Shown one piece after another: positions 37,496 through 48,719 of a stretch of DNA of 64,000 bases. Position 1 is the stretch's first letter; each line of letters begins with the position of its first letter. Source of the DNA: Candidatus Harrisonbacteria bacterium. GTDB lineage: Bacteria > Patescibacteriota > Minisyncoccia > UBA6257 > 1-14-0-10-40-38. Position numbers and translations under genes: made by a program. The stretch covers positions 1,501 to 65,500 of the forward strand of contig JAHFLD010000002.1 in the NCBI GenBank assembly GCA_023245035.1. The letters run 5' to 3'. Under the pieces are notes generated by a model. The model saw nothing but the letters and a program-made list of their open reading frames with translations, searched no databases and was not told the origin of the DNA.

Positions 37496-38719
37496 ATGGC
37501 ACAGATTATGAAAGACAATTCGGCGGAAAATTACCCTTTCAAGATTGAAGTTGATTCAAAACCAGCTCTGACCGGTGGGGAATTGATTTCTTATAGCGAT
37601 CCGGCGGAGCAGGAAGTTCTGGCCAAGCTAAAGGGGCGCGATGATTTTGAGGCGCAAAGATTGCAGCGCATTTTGGCCTTGCCGGATTTGACGCGGACTA
37701 AAAACTCGCCGGTCAAGTTGGTTATAGACAAGATTCTGACTGTGCCGGATTTGCGCGGTTTTGACGTGGTGAGCATTCCCGAGACTATTAGTCCGGCGAA
37801 TAATTTTGATCTTTTTGATTTTCCGGCTGATCATCCAACGCGGAGACCGACCGATAGTTATTTTTTGACTCCGGAGCGAATGTTGCGCACACAGACAACT
37901 TCCATGTGGATGTATCACCTAAAAAATCCGGCGACGGTTAAAAAAATGGAGTCGCGGGGTTTTATGGGCCTTCTTTCCTACGGCAAGGTTTATCGCAAGG
38001 ACGAGATTGATCGCAAGCACTTTCCGGTTTTTCATCAGATTGACGGCTTGTATCTCGTCAAAAAAAGCCAGAAGGTTTTGACTTTGCAAGATTTGCATAA
38101 TGTTCTGACTTCAATAGTCGGGGCGGTTTTTGGCCAGGCGGCGGTGACCAGGTTTTTGCCGGACGCCTTTCCCTATACCGATCCGAGCACGCAAATGGAG
38201 GTGAAGTTCGGCGAAGACTGGCTGGAGATTTTGGGGGCGGGAATGGCGCGGGGAAGCACCTTGGCCAAACTCGGAATTGATCCTTCGGTTTATGGGGGTT
38301 GGGCTTTTGGTTTTGGGGTGGAGAGGTTAGCTATGCAAAAAATGCAAATTCCGGACATTCGAATCCTATGGTCAACCGATCCGCGAATCACCGGGCAATT
38401 TACAAGCATTGATAGTGTTTACGCGCAGGTTAGCCGCTATCCGGAAATTATTCGCGATATTTCTTTTATTGTTCCTCGAGATGTTGTGCCAAATCGGTTT
38501 TATGAAATTGTCCGCGAGCTTGGCGGCGACTTGGTGGAGGAGGTGAAGTTGATTGATGAGTACGAAAATGAGGCGAAGCTGGGGCCACAGAATAAGAGTT
38601 ACACCTTCCGCACGATTTATCGTTCTTTTGAACGGACTTTGACCGGAGAAGAGGTAAGCAAGATTCACGCGGCGGTGGAGGATTTTTTGAGGCGGGAACT
38701 GGGGGCGGGGATTAGGTGA
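37496..38719 (+). CDS. pheS: Single-chain phenylalanine--tRNA ligase (alpha catalytic domain fused to FDX-ACB)
   Basis: HPTR..TDSYF, LRTQT, VYRKDEIDRKHFPVFHQIDG, FPYTDPS, WLEILGAG, GWAFGFGVERLAM..IPDIR, then SRYP..RDISF...YRSFERTLT.EEV. Confidence 0.92.
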   Translation: MAQIMKDNSAENYPFKIEVDSKPALTGGELISYSDPAEQEVLAKLKGRDDFEAQRLQRILALPDLTRTKNSPVKLVIDKILTVPDLRGFDVVSIPETISPANNFDLFDFPADHPTRRPTDSYFLTPERMLRTQTTSMWMYHLKNPATVKKMESRGFMGLLSYGKVYRKDEIDRKHFPVFHQIDGLYLVKKSQKVLTLQDLHNVLTSIVGAVFGQAAVTRFLPDAFPYTDPSTQMEVKFGEDWLEILGAGMARGSTLAKLGIDPSVYGGWAFGFGVERLAMQKMQIPDIRILWSTDPRITGQFTSIDSVYAQVSRYPEIIRDISFIVPRDVVPNRFYEIVRELGGDLVEEVKLIDEYENEAKLGPQNKSYTFRTIYRSFERTLTGEEVSKIHAAVEDFLRRELGAGIR

Positions 38720-38782
38720 GCGCCTTTGCTTTTGAGGCGGCTTTTTGCTATAATTTGGGTGTAATCGAGTGATGATTTTTAG

Positions 38783-40849
<2,067 letters not shown>

Positions 40850-40937
40850 GCTTGGGGTATGAGCGATTGCGTTTTTTGCTTTTTATTGACCGGATATTAT
40901 TTTACTGATATACTCCAATCCATTAAAGATTCAGCCC

Positions 40938-41126
40938 ATGACTATTCGGTTAAAAAACTTTTGGGAGTCGGCTAAGCAGGAGTTTCGGCGGGTTAATTGG
41001 CCGAACTGGAATGAGACGCGATCACTAACACTGGTAGTGATTGTTTTTTCCGTTGGAACGGCCTTGTTTTTGGGCGTGTTAGATTTTGTGTTTACCTACT
41101 TATTGCAGGTTTTCTTTTTGAGTTAA
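40938..41126 (+). CDS. secE: Preprotein translocase subunit SecE
   Basis: EFRRVNWP..ET plus a TM; upstream of nusG. Confidence 0.92.
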   Translation: MTIRLKNFWESAKQEFRRVNWPNWNETRSLTLVVIVFSVGTALFLGVLDFVFTYLLQVFFLS

Positions 41127-41138
41127 CAGCTCGCTTTT

Positions 41139-41705
41139 ATGGATTCATCCTCAAAACAAAAACTTTCCGCAGGAAACAACGAGCGCCATTGGTACGCGAT
41201 TCATACCTATTCCGGCTACGAGGACGCGGTGGTGCGTTACTTGCGCCAGCGCGTGGATTCGCTGGGCATGAACGACAAGATTTTTAACATCATTGTGCCT
41301 TTGGAGAAAAAGGTAAAGATTAAAAACGGCAAGCGTCGCGAGGTTTCCGAGAAAATTTATCCCGGATATGTTTTAGTAGACATGGCCTTGACCGACGATT
41401 CTTGGTACGTGGTGCGCAATACGCCAAGGGTGACCGGTTTTGTTGGGTCTGATAGCACGACACCAGTTCCGCTTTCCAAGTCGGAGATAGACCTTCTGAT
41501 GTCTCGCATGGGCAATCAAGAGACGAAGTTTAAGATTGATCTTCAGGTTGGCGAGTCGGTTAAGATTACCGATGGGCCGTTTAAGGATTATGACGCCAAG
41601 GTTTCGGAAGTTGACGAGGAGAAGGGCAAGGTGAAGGTGTTGGTGCCGATTTTTGGGCGCGACACGGTGGTGGAGTTAGACTCACTTCAAGTCCAGAAGC
41701 TCTAA
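41139..41705 (+). CDS. nusG: Transcription termination/antitermination factor NusG
   Basis: WYAIHTYSGYE, YPGYVLV, VRNTPRVTGF, KOW motif DGPF, IFGR.T.VEL. Confidence 0.97.
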   Translation: MDSSSKQKLSAGNNERHWYAIHTYSGYEDAVVRYLRQRVDSLGMNDKIFNIIVPLEKKVKIKNGKRREVSEKIYPGYVLVDMALTDDSWYVVRNTPRVTGFVGSDSTTPVPLSKSEIDLLMSRMGNQETKFKIDLQVGESVKITDGPFKDYDAKVSEVDEEKGKVKVLVPIFGRDTVVELDSLQVQKL

Positions 41706-41707
41706 GG

Positions 41708-41831
41708 CGCCCTATCTTTTCTTCGCATTTCGTTGTCGTAACCTGCGTCAGTCGGTCGCGGTACTGTGACTTAAGTACCGCTTCCTCCTTTACTCGGTTA
41801 CTCCTAGAACTGCAAAGAAAATACACGGGCG
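41708..41831 (+). repeat. Structured intergenic element, family A, copy 3
   Basis: GTTGTCGTAA...GCGGTACT-gtgactta-AGTACCGC...TTACTCCTAGAACT inside an imperfect outer IR. Confidence 0.75.
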
Positions 41832-41976
41832 GTGTGGGGCGTTGCAAGTTCATTAGTTCTGTCACATATTTTGTTTAGCGAGTTGGAAATTGTAGCTGTC
41901 TTGTTTTTTGCTCGTATTTGTTGGAGTTTGCATTTTTACCCTAAACCCTATAAGCTAATCGCTAAACGCTATTTAT

Positions 41977-42399
41977 ATGGCCAAACCAATCAAAACCGTA
42001 TTAAAACTTCAGCTGGATGCGGGCAAGGCGAATCCCGCGCCGCCAGTCGGAACAGCTTTGGGACCTCACGGCATTAATATCGCCGATTTTTGCAAGAAAT
42101 TTAACGAAGCTACCAAGGACATGATGGGGGATGTGGTTCCGGCGGAAATCACGATTTTCGAGGACCGCACTTTTACTTTTAAGCTCAAAACTCCTCCGGC
42201 GTCTTCGCTTTTAAAAAAGGCGGCGGGAATCGAGAAGGGATCTGGTGAGCCAAACAAGAAAAAAGTGGGAACAGTGACTAAGGCTCAAGTTCGGGAGATT
42301 GCGGAGAAAAAAATGATAGATTTGAATACGACCAACTTGGAGGCGGCGGAGAAGATTATCGCCGGCACGGCGAGAAACATGGGGATCGAAGTTAAATAG
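41977..42399 (+). CDS. rplK: 50S ribosomal protein L11
   Basis: [34 protein letters not shown]. Confidence 0.98.
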   Translation: MAKPIKTVLKLQLDAGKANPAPPVGTALGPHGINIADFCKKFNEATKDMMGDVVPAEITIFEDRTFTFKLKTPPASSLLKKAAGIEKGSGEPNKKKVGTVTKAQVREIAEKKMIDLNTTNLEAAEKIIAGTARNMGIEVK

Positions 42400-42571
42400 A
42401 CCCCCATGTTTCTGTGAAGGGGTCGGGAAACGGTAGTTTCCCGTGGCGGAATTATTCAAACCGAGGGGTTTGAAGGAGGAGTGAAGCGACGACGAAACAT
42501 GGGTCTAAACGTTACCGAGTAACGTCGCCCGATCTTTGCTAGGCAAAGATTTAGGGATCGAAGTTAAATAG
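42398..42571 (+). mobile_element. Family B element behind rplK, with an interrupted duplication of the rplK 3' end
   Basis: gacccccatgtttct inverts the rplK end; 30-bp core; gaaacatggg (42494-42503) plus gggatcgaagttaaatag (42554-42571) recopy 42374-42399. Mobility is inferred. Confidence 0.6.
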
Positions 42572-42716
42572 GCTCGGACTCTTCTTTTGCGGGGACCGGC
42601 TTTGATTTTTTTCCAGCGAAAAATCAAGCCTTCCTCTCGCGCTTCGCAATTCCTGACGGAATACCAAGCTGCGAAGCGCTCCGAGAGCTCCCCGCACAAA
42701 GAAGAGTCCTCGCTGG
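42572..42716 (+). repeat. Structured intergenic element, family C, copy 1
   Basis: GCTCGGAC...GTCCTCGCTGG ends, ~20-bp closing stem, same layout as 61736-61884. Confidence 0.7.
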
Positions 42717-42978
42717 TTAGGGGAGAGAACTAGCGTTTAGGGTTCAGGGTCAAGCGTTTAGGCTTCAAAGCACAAAAGTCCTCGCTGGTGGGGGAATGAA
42801 TAGCGTTTGGCGGTTAGCGTTTAGGTGAATAGCATTAAGCGATTAGTGAGTAGGTCTTAAAATATGAAAGTCCTTGCGGTTCGAGGGTTGGGCTAGCGTT
42901 GAGCGTTTACGGTAAGAAGTGTTTTTTAAATTTTTTGTACACAGCTTGGTTGGGCTTGGTTTATGATATAGTTTGGCT

Positions 42979-43923
42979 ATGATCCATAAAAACTTTTGGC
43001 ATTATTTTGGGGTTTTGATGGCGATTATTGTGGTTAATGTGGGGTTTCTTAATTTTTCAACCAGTAAGATTGCCAGCGAGGTTGATACCTTGTCGAGTGT
43101 AATTACATCTACCGGTTCTTCGCCAACAGCGGCGGCTCCGGCCGAAGAAGTCGGTGGAACTTCGGGTGGCGGGTCTTCTCTAACTCAAAGAATTTGCGTT
43201 GACGATCCAAGTCCGGAAAATGACGGAATGAAGCCGGAGTTCGGTAAGGATGGCAAGATAGCCGGCGCCACTTATTCTTTAGAGTTCCAAAATGGAATAC
43301 CAGCCGATCATCGCAATCCAAATGGGACTCCTTTTACAATTGGTCAATATATTGCCGGGGTTAGTGTGTTTGGCGTTGACAGAAGTGAAGCGGGGGGTCT
43401 GGCCGATAGTGATTATAGCTATGACAACAACGATTCGGCTAAATGTGATGGAGTGCAATTAGATAAGGGTCGTCTCTTTAGTCCATCTTCCTACTATGGT
43501 GGTGTCGCTGGCAAGGTAAATGGCAAACCTTTTAGAGCTACCCTTTCCGTTGGTGTTGACCAGGGCAGAGATTGCAAAGAGTTAGGGCCCATTACAGCGG
43601 CAGAAAGCAAGCCGGTAAATACGAGTGGGAGTGCGAATCCAGTACTTAATCCAAATTCTTCGGCGGTAGTAGTTACCGAACAGGGTGGATCTTCCGGACA
43701 GCAGGGTGCGGTTATTAGCTCTGAATCCGGGGCGGTGGTATTGGAATATTTCTGCGGTTCAGATAATCACATCAAGGCGAAATACGTGGCCAAGGTAAAT
43801 AAGAGCGTTAATAAGAGAAAATATGCCCCAACTTTTCCCGCGAGTTCGGGCTTGAACAATCTGCTTAGTGATTTTGGATGGGGTCGGTTATTGGGTAGTT
43901 ATGCTTTTGGTTTTAAGGATTAA
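42979..43923 (+). CDS. Exported Cys-containing hypothetical protein
   Basis: N-terminal hydrophobic anchor, Ser/Gly linker, RICVDD, DQG and LEYFC motifs. Confidence 0.75.
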   Translation: MIHKNFWHYFGVLMAIIVVNVGFLNFSTSKIASEVDTLSSVITSTGSSPTAAAPAEEVGGTSGGGSSLTQRICVDDPSPENDGMKPEFGKDGKIAGATYSLEFQNGIPADHRNPNGTPFTIGQYIAGVSVFGVDRSEAGGLADSDYSYDNNDSAKCDGVQLDKGRLFSPSSYYGGVAGKVNGKPFRATLSVGVDQGRDCKELGPITAAESKPVNTSGSANPVLNPNSSAVVVTEQGGSSGQQGAVISSESGAVVLEYFCGSDNHIKAKYVAKVNKSVNKRKYAPTFPASSGLNNLLSDFGWGRLLGSYAFGFKD

Positions 43924-43946
43924 ATTCTTTTTGTTCGGTTTTTTTT

Positions 43947-44654
43947 ATGATCCATTCCAGATTTTTAATCTTTTTTAGTATTTTGCTGGGAATTGTGGTT
44001 TTGAATGTTGTTAGTCTTAACATTTTGGTTGATAAAGTGGCGATGCGAGTGAGTGAGGTTAAAAGCGAAGTTTCTTTGGCAAGTGCCAGTTCGGCAGTGT
44101 CTGGACAGGTAGTTAGATTTTGTGCCGATACGGATCATGCGATTGATTACGCGGTGTCGGGGGCGACGATGGAGGTCAGCATTCCGAGTCAAGGAATTTT
44201 TGGCGGGGCGAGTTATCCAAGAAATCCAACTCGGGTAACCGATGCCTTATCGTTGATTCGCGCCGGTCAGCCGACGGTTAGCAATCCCACCAATATTGGC
44301 CCTTGTACGCAGGCTGGCGGCTATTTTACCGATTCAGCCGGGAGGAGGCAGAGTTTTTATTTTCAGCTGTGCCGAGATCAGGGAATTAATACCGGATCTG
44401 GTTCGGTTAAACCCGGCGAGCCGCCGATTCAGGGTTCTGGAATTAAACGCCTTACGGAATTTTATTGCAGTCGTAATTCTTTGACTTCCGTTGATAAAAC
44501 GGTGCCAAACTTCGCGAGCGCAAAAGTGCCTTTGTTCTTTGGTTTTTTTGGGCGATTGGCTGATGCTTTGGGAATTACCTATGCCAATCCGCCGGTGGCT
44601 TCCGGCAATTTGACGACGCAGTGGTTTGTGAATGCCGATCACGAGACGCAGTAG
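43947..44654 (+). CDS. Exported Cys-containing hypothetical protein, distant paralogue of the upstream gene
   Basis: MIH start plus anchor; RFCADTD, RDQG and LTEFYC motifs. Confidence 0.75.
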   Translation: MIHSRFLIFFSILLGIVVLNVVSLNILVDKVAMRVSEVKSEVSLASASSAVSGQVVRFCADTDHAIDYAVSGATMEVSIPSQGIFGGASYPRNPTRVTDALSLIRAGQPTVSNPTNIGPCTQAGGYFTDSAGRRQSFYFQLCRDQGINTGSGSVKPGEPPIQGSGIKRLTEFYCSRNSLTSVDKTVPNFASAKVPLFFGFFGRLADALGITYANPPVASGNLTTQWFVNADHETQ

Positions 44655-44743
44655 ATTTTTTGCCAGACTTGCGTGGTTGGAATTAGTGGAGGAATTGGAT
44701 AATTGCTTAGGAGCTTTTGGCTTGGTAAGATTGCAATATAGTT

Positions 44744-46204
44744 ATGCCTTATATCCCAACAATCGGGCTGGAGATTCATGCCGAGCTTAAGACCAAGACT
44801 AAGATGTTTTGTGATTCGTTGAACGATCCGCTGGAGCGGCGTCCGAACGTAAACATTTGCCCGATTTGTACCGGCCATCCGGGAACTTTGCCGGTCATTA
44901 ACCGTGTGGCGGTGGAATCCATTATTCGCGTTGGTATGGCACTGGGCGGGGATTTGCCGGTGATTTCCAAGTTTGACCGGAAGAATTATTTTTATCCGGA
45001 TATTCCCAAGGCCTATCAAATTTCTCAATATGATCTGCCTTTGGTTTTCGGCGGGATTTTGAATGGCGTTCGGCTGACGAGAGTTCATCTGGAAGAAGAC
45101 ACGGCGAGATTACAGCACGCGGATGGAGGTGATTCTGCTAAAAAATCAGAGCGGCGAGTTTCACTGGTTGATTTTAACCGGGCGGGAGTTCCGCTGATGG
45201 AGCTGGTAACCGAGCCGGATATCAAAAATGCCGACGAGGCCGTGTCTTTTGCCAAGGAATTGCAGTTGCTTTTGCGTTATCTTGGCGTATCGGACGCCGA
45301 TATGGAAAAAGGGCAGATGAGGGTGGAGGCCAATGTTTCCATTCATCCTGATTTTCCCGGGAGTCCTTTGGGAACCAAAGTGGAGGTTAAAAATATCAAT
45401 TCTTTTAAGGCGGTGCATGGAGCGATTCAATACGAGCTTAAACGGCAGGCAGAGGTTTTGGATTCCGGAAAAAAGGTAGTCCAAGAAACGCGCGGTTGGG
45501 ACGATGTTGACCAGGTGACCGTGAGTCAACGCGTTAAGGAGTCGGCTCACGATTATCGTTATTTTCCCGAGCCGGATTTGCCGCCGCTTGATTTGGGCAA
45601 GATAGACTTGAAGGCCTTAAAGATTTCTTTGCCGGAGTTGCCGTGGGAGAAGCGGGCGCGATTTTTGAAGGAGTTTGGACTTTCGGCTGTTGAGACCGAG
45701 TCTTTGATTCAAGATCGCCGGGCGGCGCAATTTTTTGAGGAGGCTTTTTCGGAATTTAAATTAGAACACCGAACTCCGGGGTCGCGCGAAATTAAGCTGC
45801 TGATTAATTATTTGAACACCGATTTGCGGGGGCTTTTGGCGGAGAAGGAATCCAACTGGGATGATTCAAAAATAAGCCCCGAGCACTTCGCGGATTTAAT
45901 AGTTCTCATCTCGGAAAATAAAATCACCAGCCGATCGGCGAAGGATATTTTGCGCCGGATGAGTGAAACCGGACTTGATCCGCACGCCATCTTGGCTACG
46001 GAGGGATTGGAACAAGTTTCGGACGCGGAGGTGCTTCGGGGAATGGCGATGGGGATTATTGCCGCTCATCCACAGCCGGTCGCGGATTTTAAAAAAGGCA
46101 AGGAGAATGCCCTGCAGTTTTTAGTTGGCAAGGCGATGGCGGAGTTAAAAGGCAAGGGAAATCCGGCGGTTTTGCAAAAGGTGTTTAGGGAGTTGCTTGG
46201 GTAA
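44744..46204 (+). CDS. gatB: Asp/Glu-tRNA amidotransferase subunit B
   Basis: IGLEIHAEL, FDRKNYFYPD, HLEED, DFNRAGVPLMELVTEP, YRYFPEPDL. Confidence 0.98.
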   Translation: MPYIPTIGLEIHAELKTKTKMFCDSLNDPLERRPNVNICPICTGHPGTLPVINRVAVESIIRVGMALGGDLPVISKFDRKNYFYPDIPKAYQISQYDLPLVFGGILNGVRLTRVHLEEDTARLQHADGGDSAKKSERRVSLVDFNRAGVPLMELVTEPDIKNADEAVSFAKELQLLLRYLGVSDADMEKGQMRVEANVSIHPDFPGSPLGTKVEVKNINSFKAVHGAIQYELKRQAEVLDSGKKVVQETRGWDDVDQVTVSQRVKESAHDYRYFPEPDLPPLDLGKIDLKALKISLPELPWEKRARFLKEFGLSAVETESLIQDRRAAQFFEEAFSEFKLEHRTPGSREIKLLINYLNTDLRGLLAEKESNWDDSKISPEHFADLIVLISENKITSRSAKDILRRMSETGLDPHAILATEGLEQVSDAEVLRGMAMGIIAAHPQPVADFKKGKENALQFLVGKAMAELKGKGNPAVLQKVFRELLG

Positions 46205-46298
46205 AGGGTTTTGATTTGTATTTGACGTTTTAAGCTTTAATCTGTTATGGTGTTTAAAGTTCTTTGATCTATCTGGAGAGTTTTTTTAGGAGATTCAG

Positions 46299-46742
46299 AT
46301 GACCGAAGAGGTAAAGAAGCTGGCTTGCCGGGTTTGCGAACGCGCAACCGACGAGGCGGGCTATTGCGATGTTTGCGATATTACCACCGTGGAGGCGTGG
46401 GATTGTGTTCGGTGCGGTTTTAGCAACAACGCTCTGGCTTGCGAAAATTGCGGTTTAGCCAAGGCGCCGGAAGATACCACAGCTGGCGTCAAAGAAGAGC
46501 TGCTTTTTGAAGAGGACGATGGCACGCCGACTTCCGGTTTCGGCTGGAAGTGCCCCGAGTGCGGCAGAATGAACTTTGAGAACTATGAAAGCAGGGTTTG
46601 CATATATCCTCACGGGGAAGATTTTAGAGGCGAGGGAATTTTCAAGAAAGACCGCTTTTTGGGTATGAATATTCAGGCTTTGTTCTGGGGTTTGTTTGCA
46701 GTCGGCATGTTCATCCTTTGGTTCGTGATGGCGTCGGTCTAG
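46299..46742 (+). CDS. Multi-zinc-ribbon protein with C-terminal TM
   Basis: CRVC, CDVC, WDCVRC...N...CENC, WKCPECG..N; AGGAG SD, own promoter and terminator. Confidence 0.7.
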   Translation: MTEEVKKLACRVCERATDEAGYCDVCDITTVEAWDCVRCGFSNNALACENCGLAKAPEDTTAGVKEELLFEEDDGTPTSGFGWKCPECGRMNFENYESRVCIYPHGEDFRGEGIFKKDRFLGMNIQALFWGLFAVGMFILWFVMASV

Positions 46743-46820
46743 GATCTTCTGGCTTAAGTAGTTTTCGGCTTGCCTTTGGCAGGCCGTTTTTTTAACTGAC
46801 GGAGAGAGACGGATTAGAAC

Positions 46821-48563
46821 CTAAGAGGTTTTAGCTTCAATTTCTGATTTTATTTTGGTGATAAATTCTTCTAGCGCAAGCGGTTCCAGATTTTTTCCGT
46901 CTTTGCGCGGGGTAGCGGTCTTATTGGCCATTTCTTTTTCACCGACAACGAGAATGTAGGGGATTTTTTGAAGCTCGGCGTTGCGAACTCTTTTACCGAG
47001 AGTTTCGCTCGCAAGATTGACTTCAACGCGAATGTTTTTTTGGTTGAGCAGATTTTGAATTTCTTTCGCGTAGTCGGCCTGTTTTTCACTGACCGGAACT
47101 ATGGCGACTTGCACCGGAGCGAGCCAGACCGGGAAGCGCCCGGCGTAGTGTTCGATAAGAAAGCCAAAGACGCGTTCAAGGCTTCCTATGGTTGAGCGAT
47201 GAATCATCACCGGGCGCTTTTTTTGACCTTCGGCATCTATGTATTCAACGCCAAATTTTTCCGGCAGTAGAAAGTCGATTTGAGCGGTGAACAAGGTGTC
47301 CTCTTTGCCGTTGACATTTTTTGCTTGGACATCTAGTTTTGGTCCGTAAAACGCCGCTTCATCTTCGGCTTCGACATATTGCAGATCTAGTTCGTCGAGG
47401 GCTTTTTCCATCAGACTTTCGGCGTTGTTCCAAAGAGTGTCGTCGGGATAATATTTGCTCTTGTTTTTTGGATCACGCTTAGAAAAGCGATAAGAAACGA
47501 TGTCGAGTAATCCGAGACCTTTCATGCCCTCAACAATCATCTGGCAAGTTTTTTTAAACTCGTCTTTGAGTCCTTCCGGTGCCACAAAAAGATGGCCATC
47601 GGTGAGTTGAAACTTTCGTACCCGCATCATGCCCATAAGCTCTCCTGATTTTTCGTAACGATTATAGTCGGCAATCTCGGCGTACCGCGCCGGAAGTTCT
47701 TTGTAACTCCACTGACGTCGCTGATACATGCGAATATGGTGCGGGCAGGCCATTGGGCGGAGATAAAATTTATCACCGTCCATGTTTATTGGCGCATACA
47801 TGTTTTGCGAGTAATGTTCGAGATGACCAGAGGTGCGATAAAGTTCTTCGCCACCAAGATAAGGTGTTGTAACATGCTCGTAGCCATATTTCTTTTCGAG
47901 CGAGCGAGTGAATTCTTCCAGGGCGAATTTAACCGCGGTGCCTTTTGGTGTCCACATCGGCAATCCTTTACCAACTTTTTCGTCAATGAAAAACAAATCC
48001 AATTCCGGGCCGAGTTTTTTGTGATCGCGTTTTTTGGCTTCTTCTAGTTGCGCGAGCCGGGCCATAAGTTCTTCCTTGGTATTGAAGGCAAGGGCGTAGA
48101 TGCGGGTCAGCATTGGATTTTTTTCACTGCCTCGCCAATAGGCGCCGGCCAGTCGAGTCAACTTGAAGGCGTTCGGATTTATTTCTTGAGTGTTCTCCAC
48201 ATGACCGCCGCGACAGAGATCTATAAAATTTGCACCGGTTTGGTAGGTGGTCAGTTCTTTGCTTTCTTTGGAAAACTCGTCAACGAGTTCCAGCTTGAAT
48301 GGTTGGTCTTGGAATAGTTTAATGGCTTCGTTCGAGGTAATCTTTTTTCCGGAGAAGGGGAGGTTTTGCTTGATGAGATTTTTCATCTCCGCTTCGAGTT
48401 CCGGCAAGATCTCTTCGGAGATCTGTTCCGAAAACTTAAAGTCATAGTAAAACCCGTCATCAATAACTGGACCAATGCCGAGTTTGACGTCGGGAAACTT
48501 TTTTTGGACAACGGCGGCTAGGACGTGGGCTAGTGAATGGCGGATGTGGTCTAGGTTTGGCAT
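46821..48563 (-). CDS. thrS: Threonine--tRNA ligase (short N-terminus, no TGS domain)
   Basis: RHSLAH, GFYYD, DLCRGGH, AYWRG, RPMACPHH, AFYGPKLD, IHR..GSLER. Confidence 0.97.
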   Translation of the reverse strand: MPNLDHIRHSLAHVLAAVVQKKFPDVKLGIGPVIDDGFYYDFKFSEQISEEILPELEAEMKNLIKQNLPFSGKKITSNEAIKLFQDQPFKLELVDEFSKESKELTTYQTGANFIDLCRGGHVENTQEINPNAFKLTRLAGAYWRGSEKNPMLTRIYALAFNTKEELMARLAQLEEAKKRDHKKLGPELDLFFIDEKVGKGLPMWTPKGTAVKFALEEFTRSLEKKYGYEHVTTPYLGGEELYRTSGHLEHYSQNMYAPINMDGDKFYLRPMACPHHIRMYQRRQWSYKELPARYAEIADYNRYEKSGELMGMMRVRKFQLTDGHLFVAPEGLKDEFKKTCQMIVEGMKGLGLLDIVSYRFSKRDPKNKSKYYPDDTLWNNAESLMEKALDELDLQYVEAEDEAAFYGPKLDVQAKNVNGKEDTLFTAQIDFLLPEKFGVEYIDAEGQKKRPVMIHRSTIGSLERVFGFLIEHYAGRFPVWLAPVQVAIVPVSEKQADYAKEIQNLLNQKNIRVEVNLASETLGKRVRNAELQKIPYILVVGEKEMANKTATPRKDGKNLEPLALEEFITKIKSEIEAKTS

Positions 48564-48571
48564 GTAATTAT

Positions 48572-48694
48572 ATTCCGCTCTCTAACAGTCATCTGCTTTG
48601 TTGCGTCCTTCGATCCTCCCTCACAGTACCAAAATGGTACAGCTCGGTTCGGTACTTGGACGCGCCTCGCATCTGAATTGTTATAGAGCGGAAT
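48572..48694 (+). repeat. Structured intergenic element, family A, copy 4
   Basis: 15/16 IR attccgctctctaaca/tgttatagagcggaat; GTACC-aaaat-GGTAC; GCGCCTCGCATCT. Confidence 0.75.
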
Positions 48695-48719
48695 TATTTT
48701 TAATTGCTTATTTCATTTA

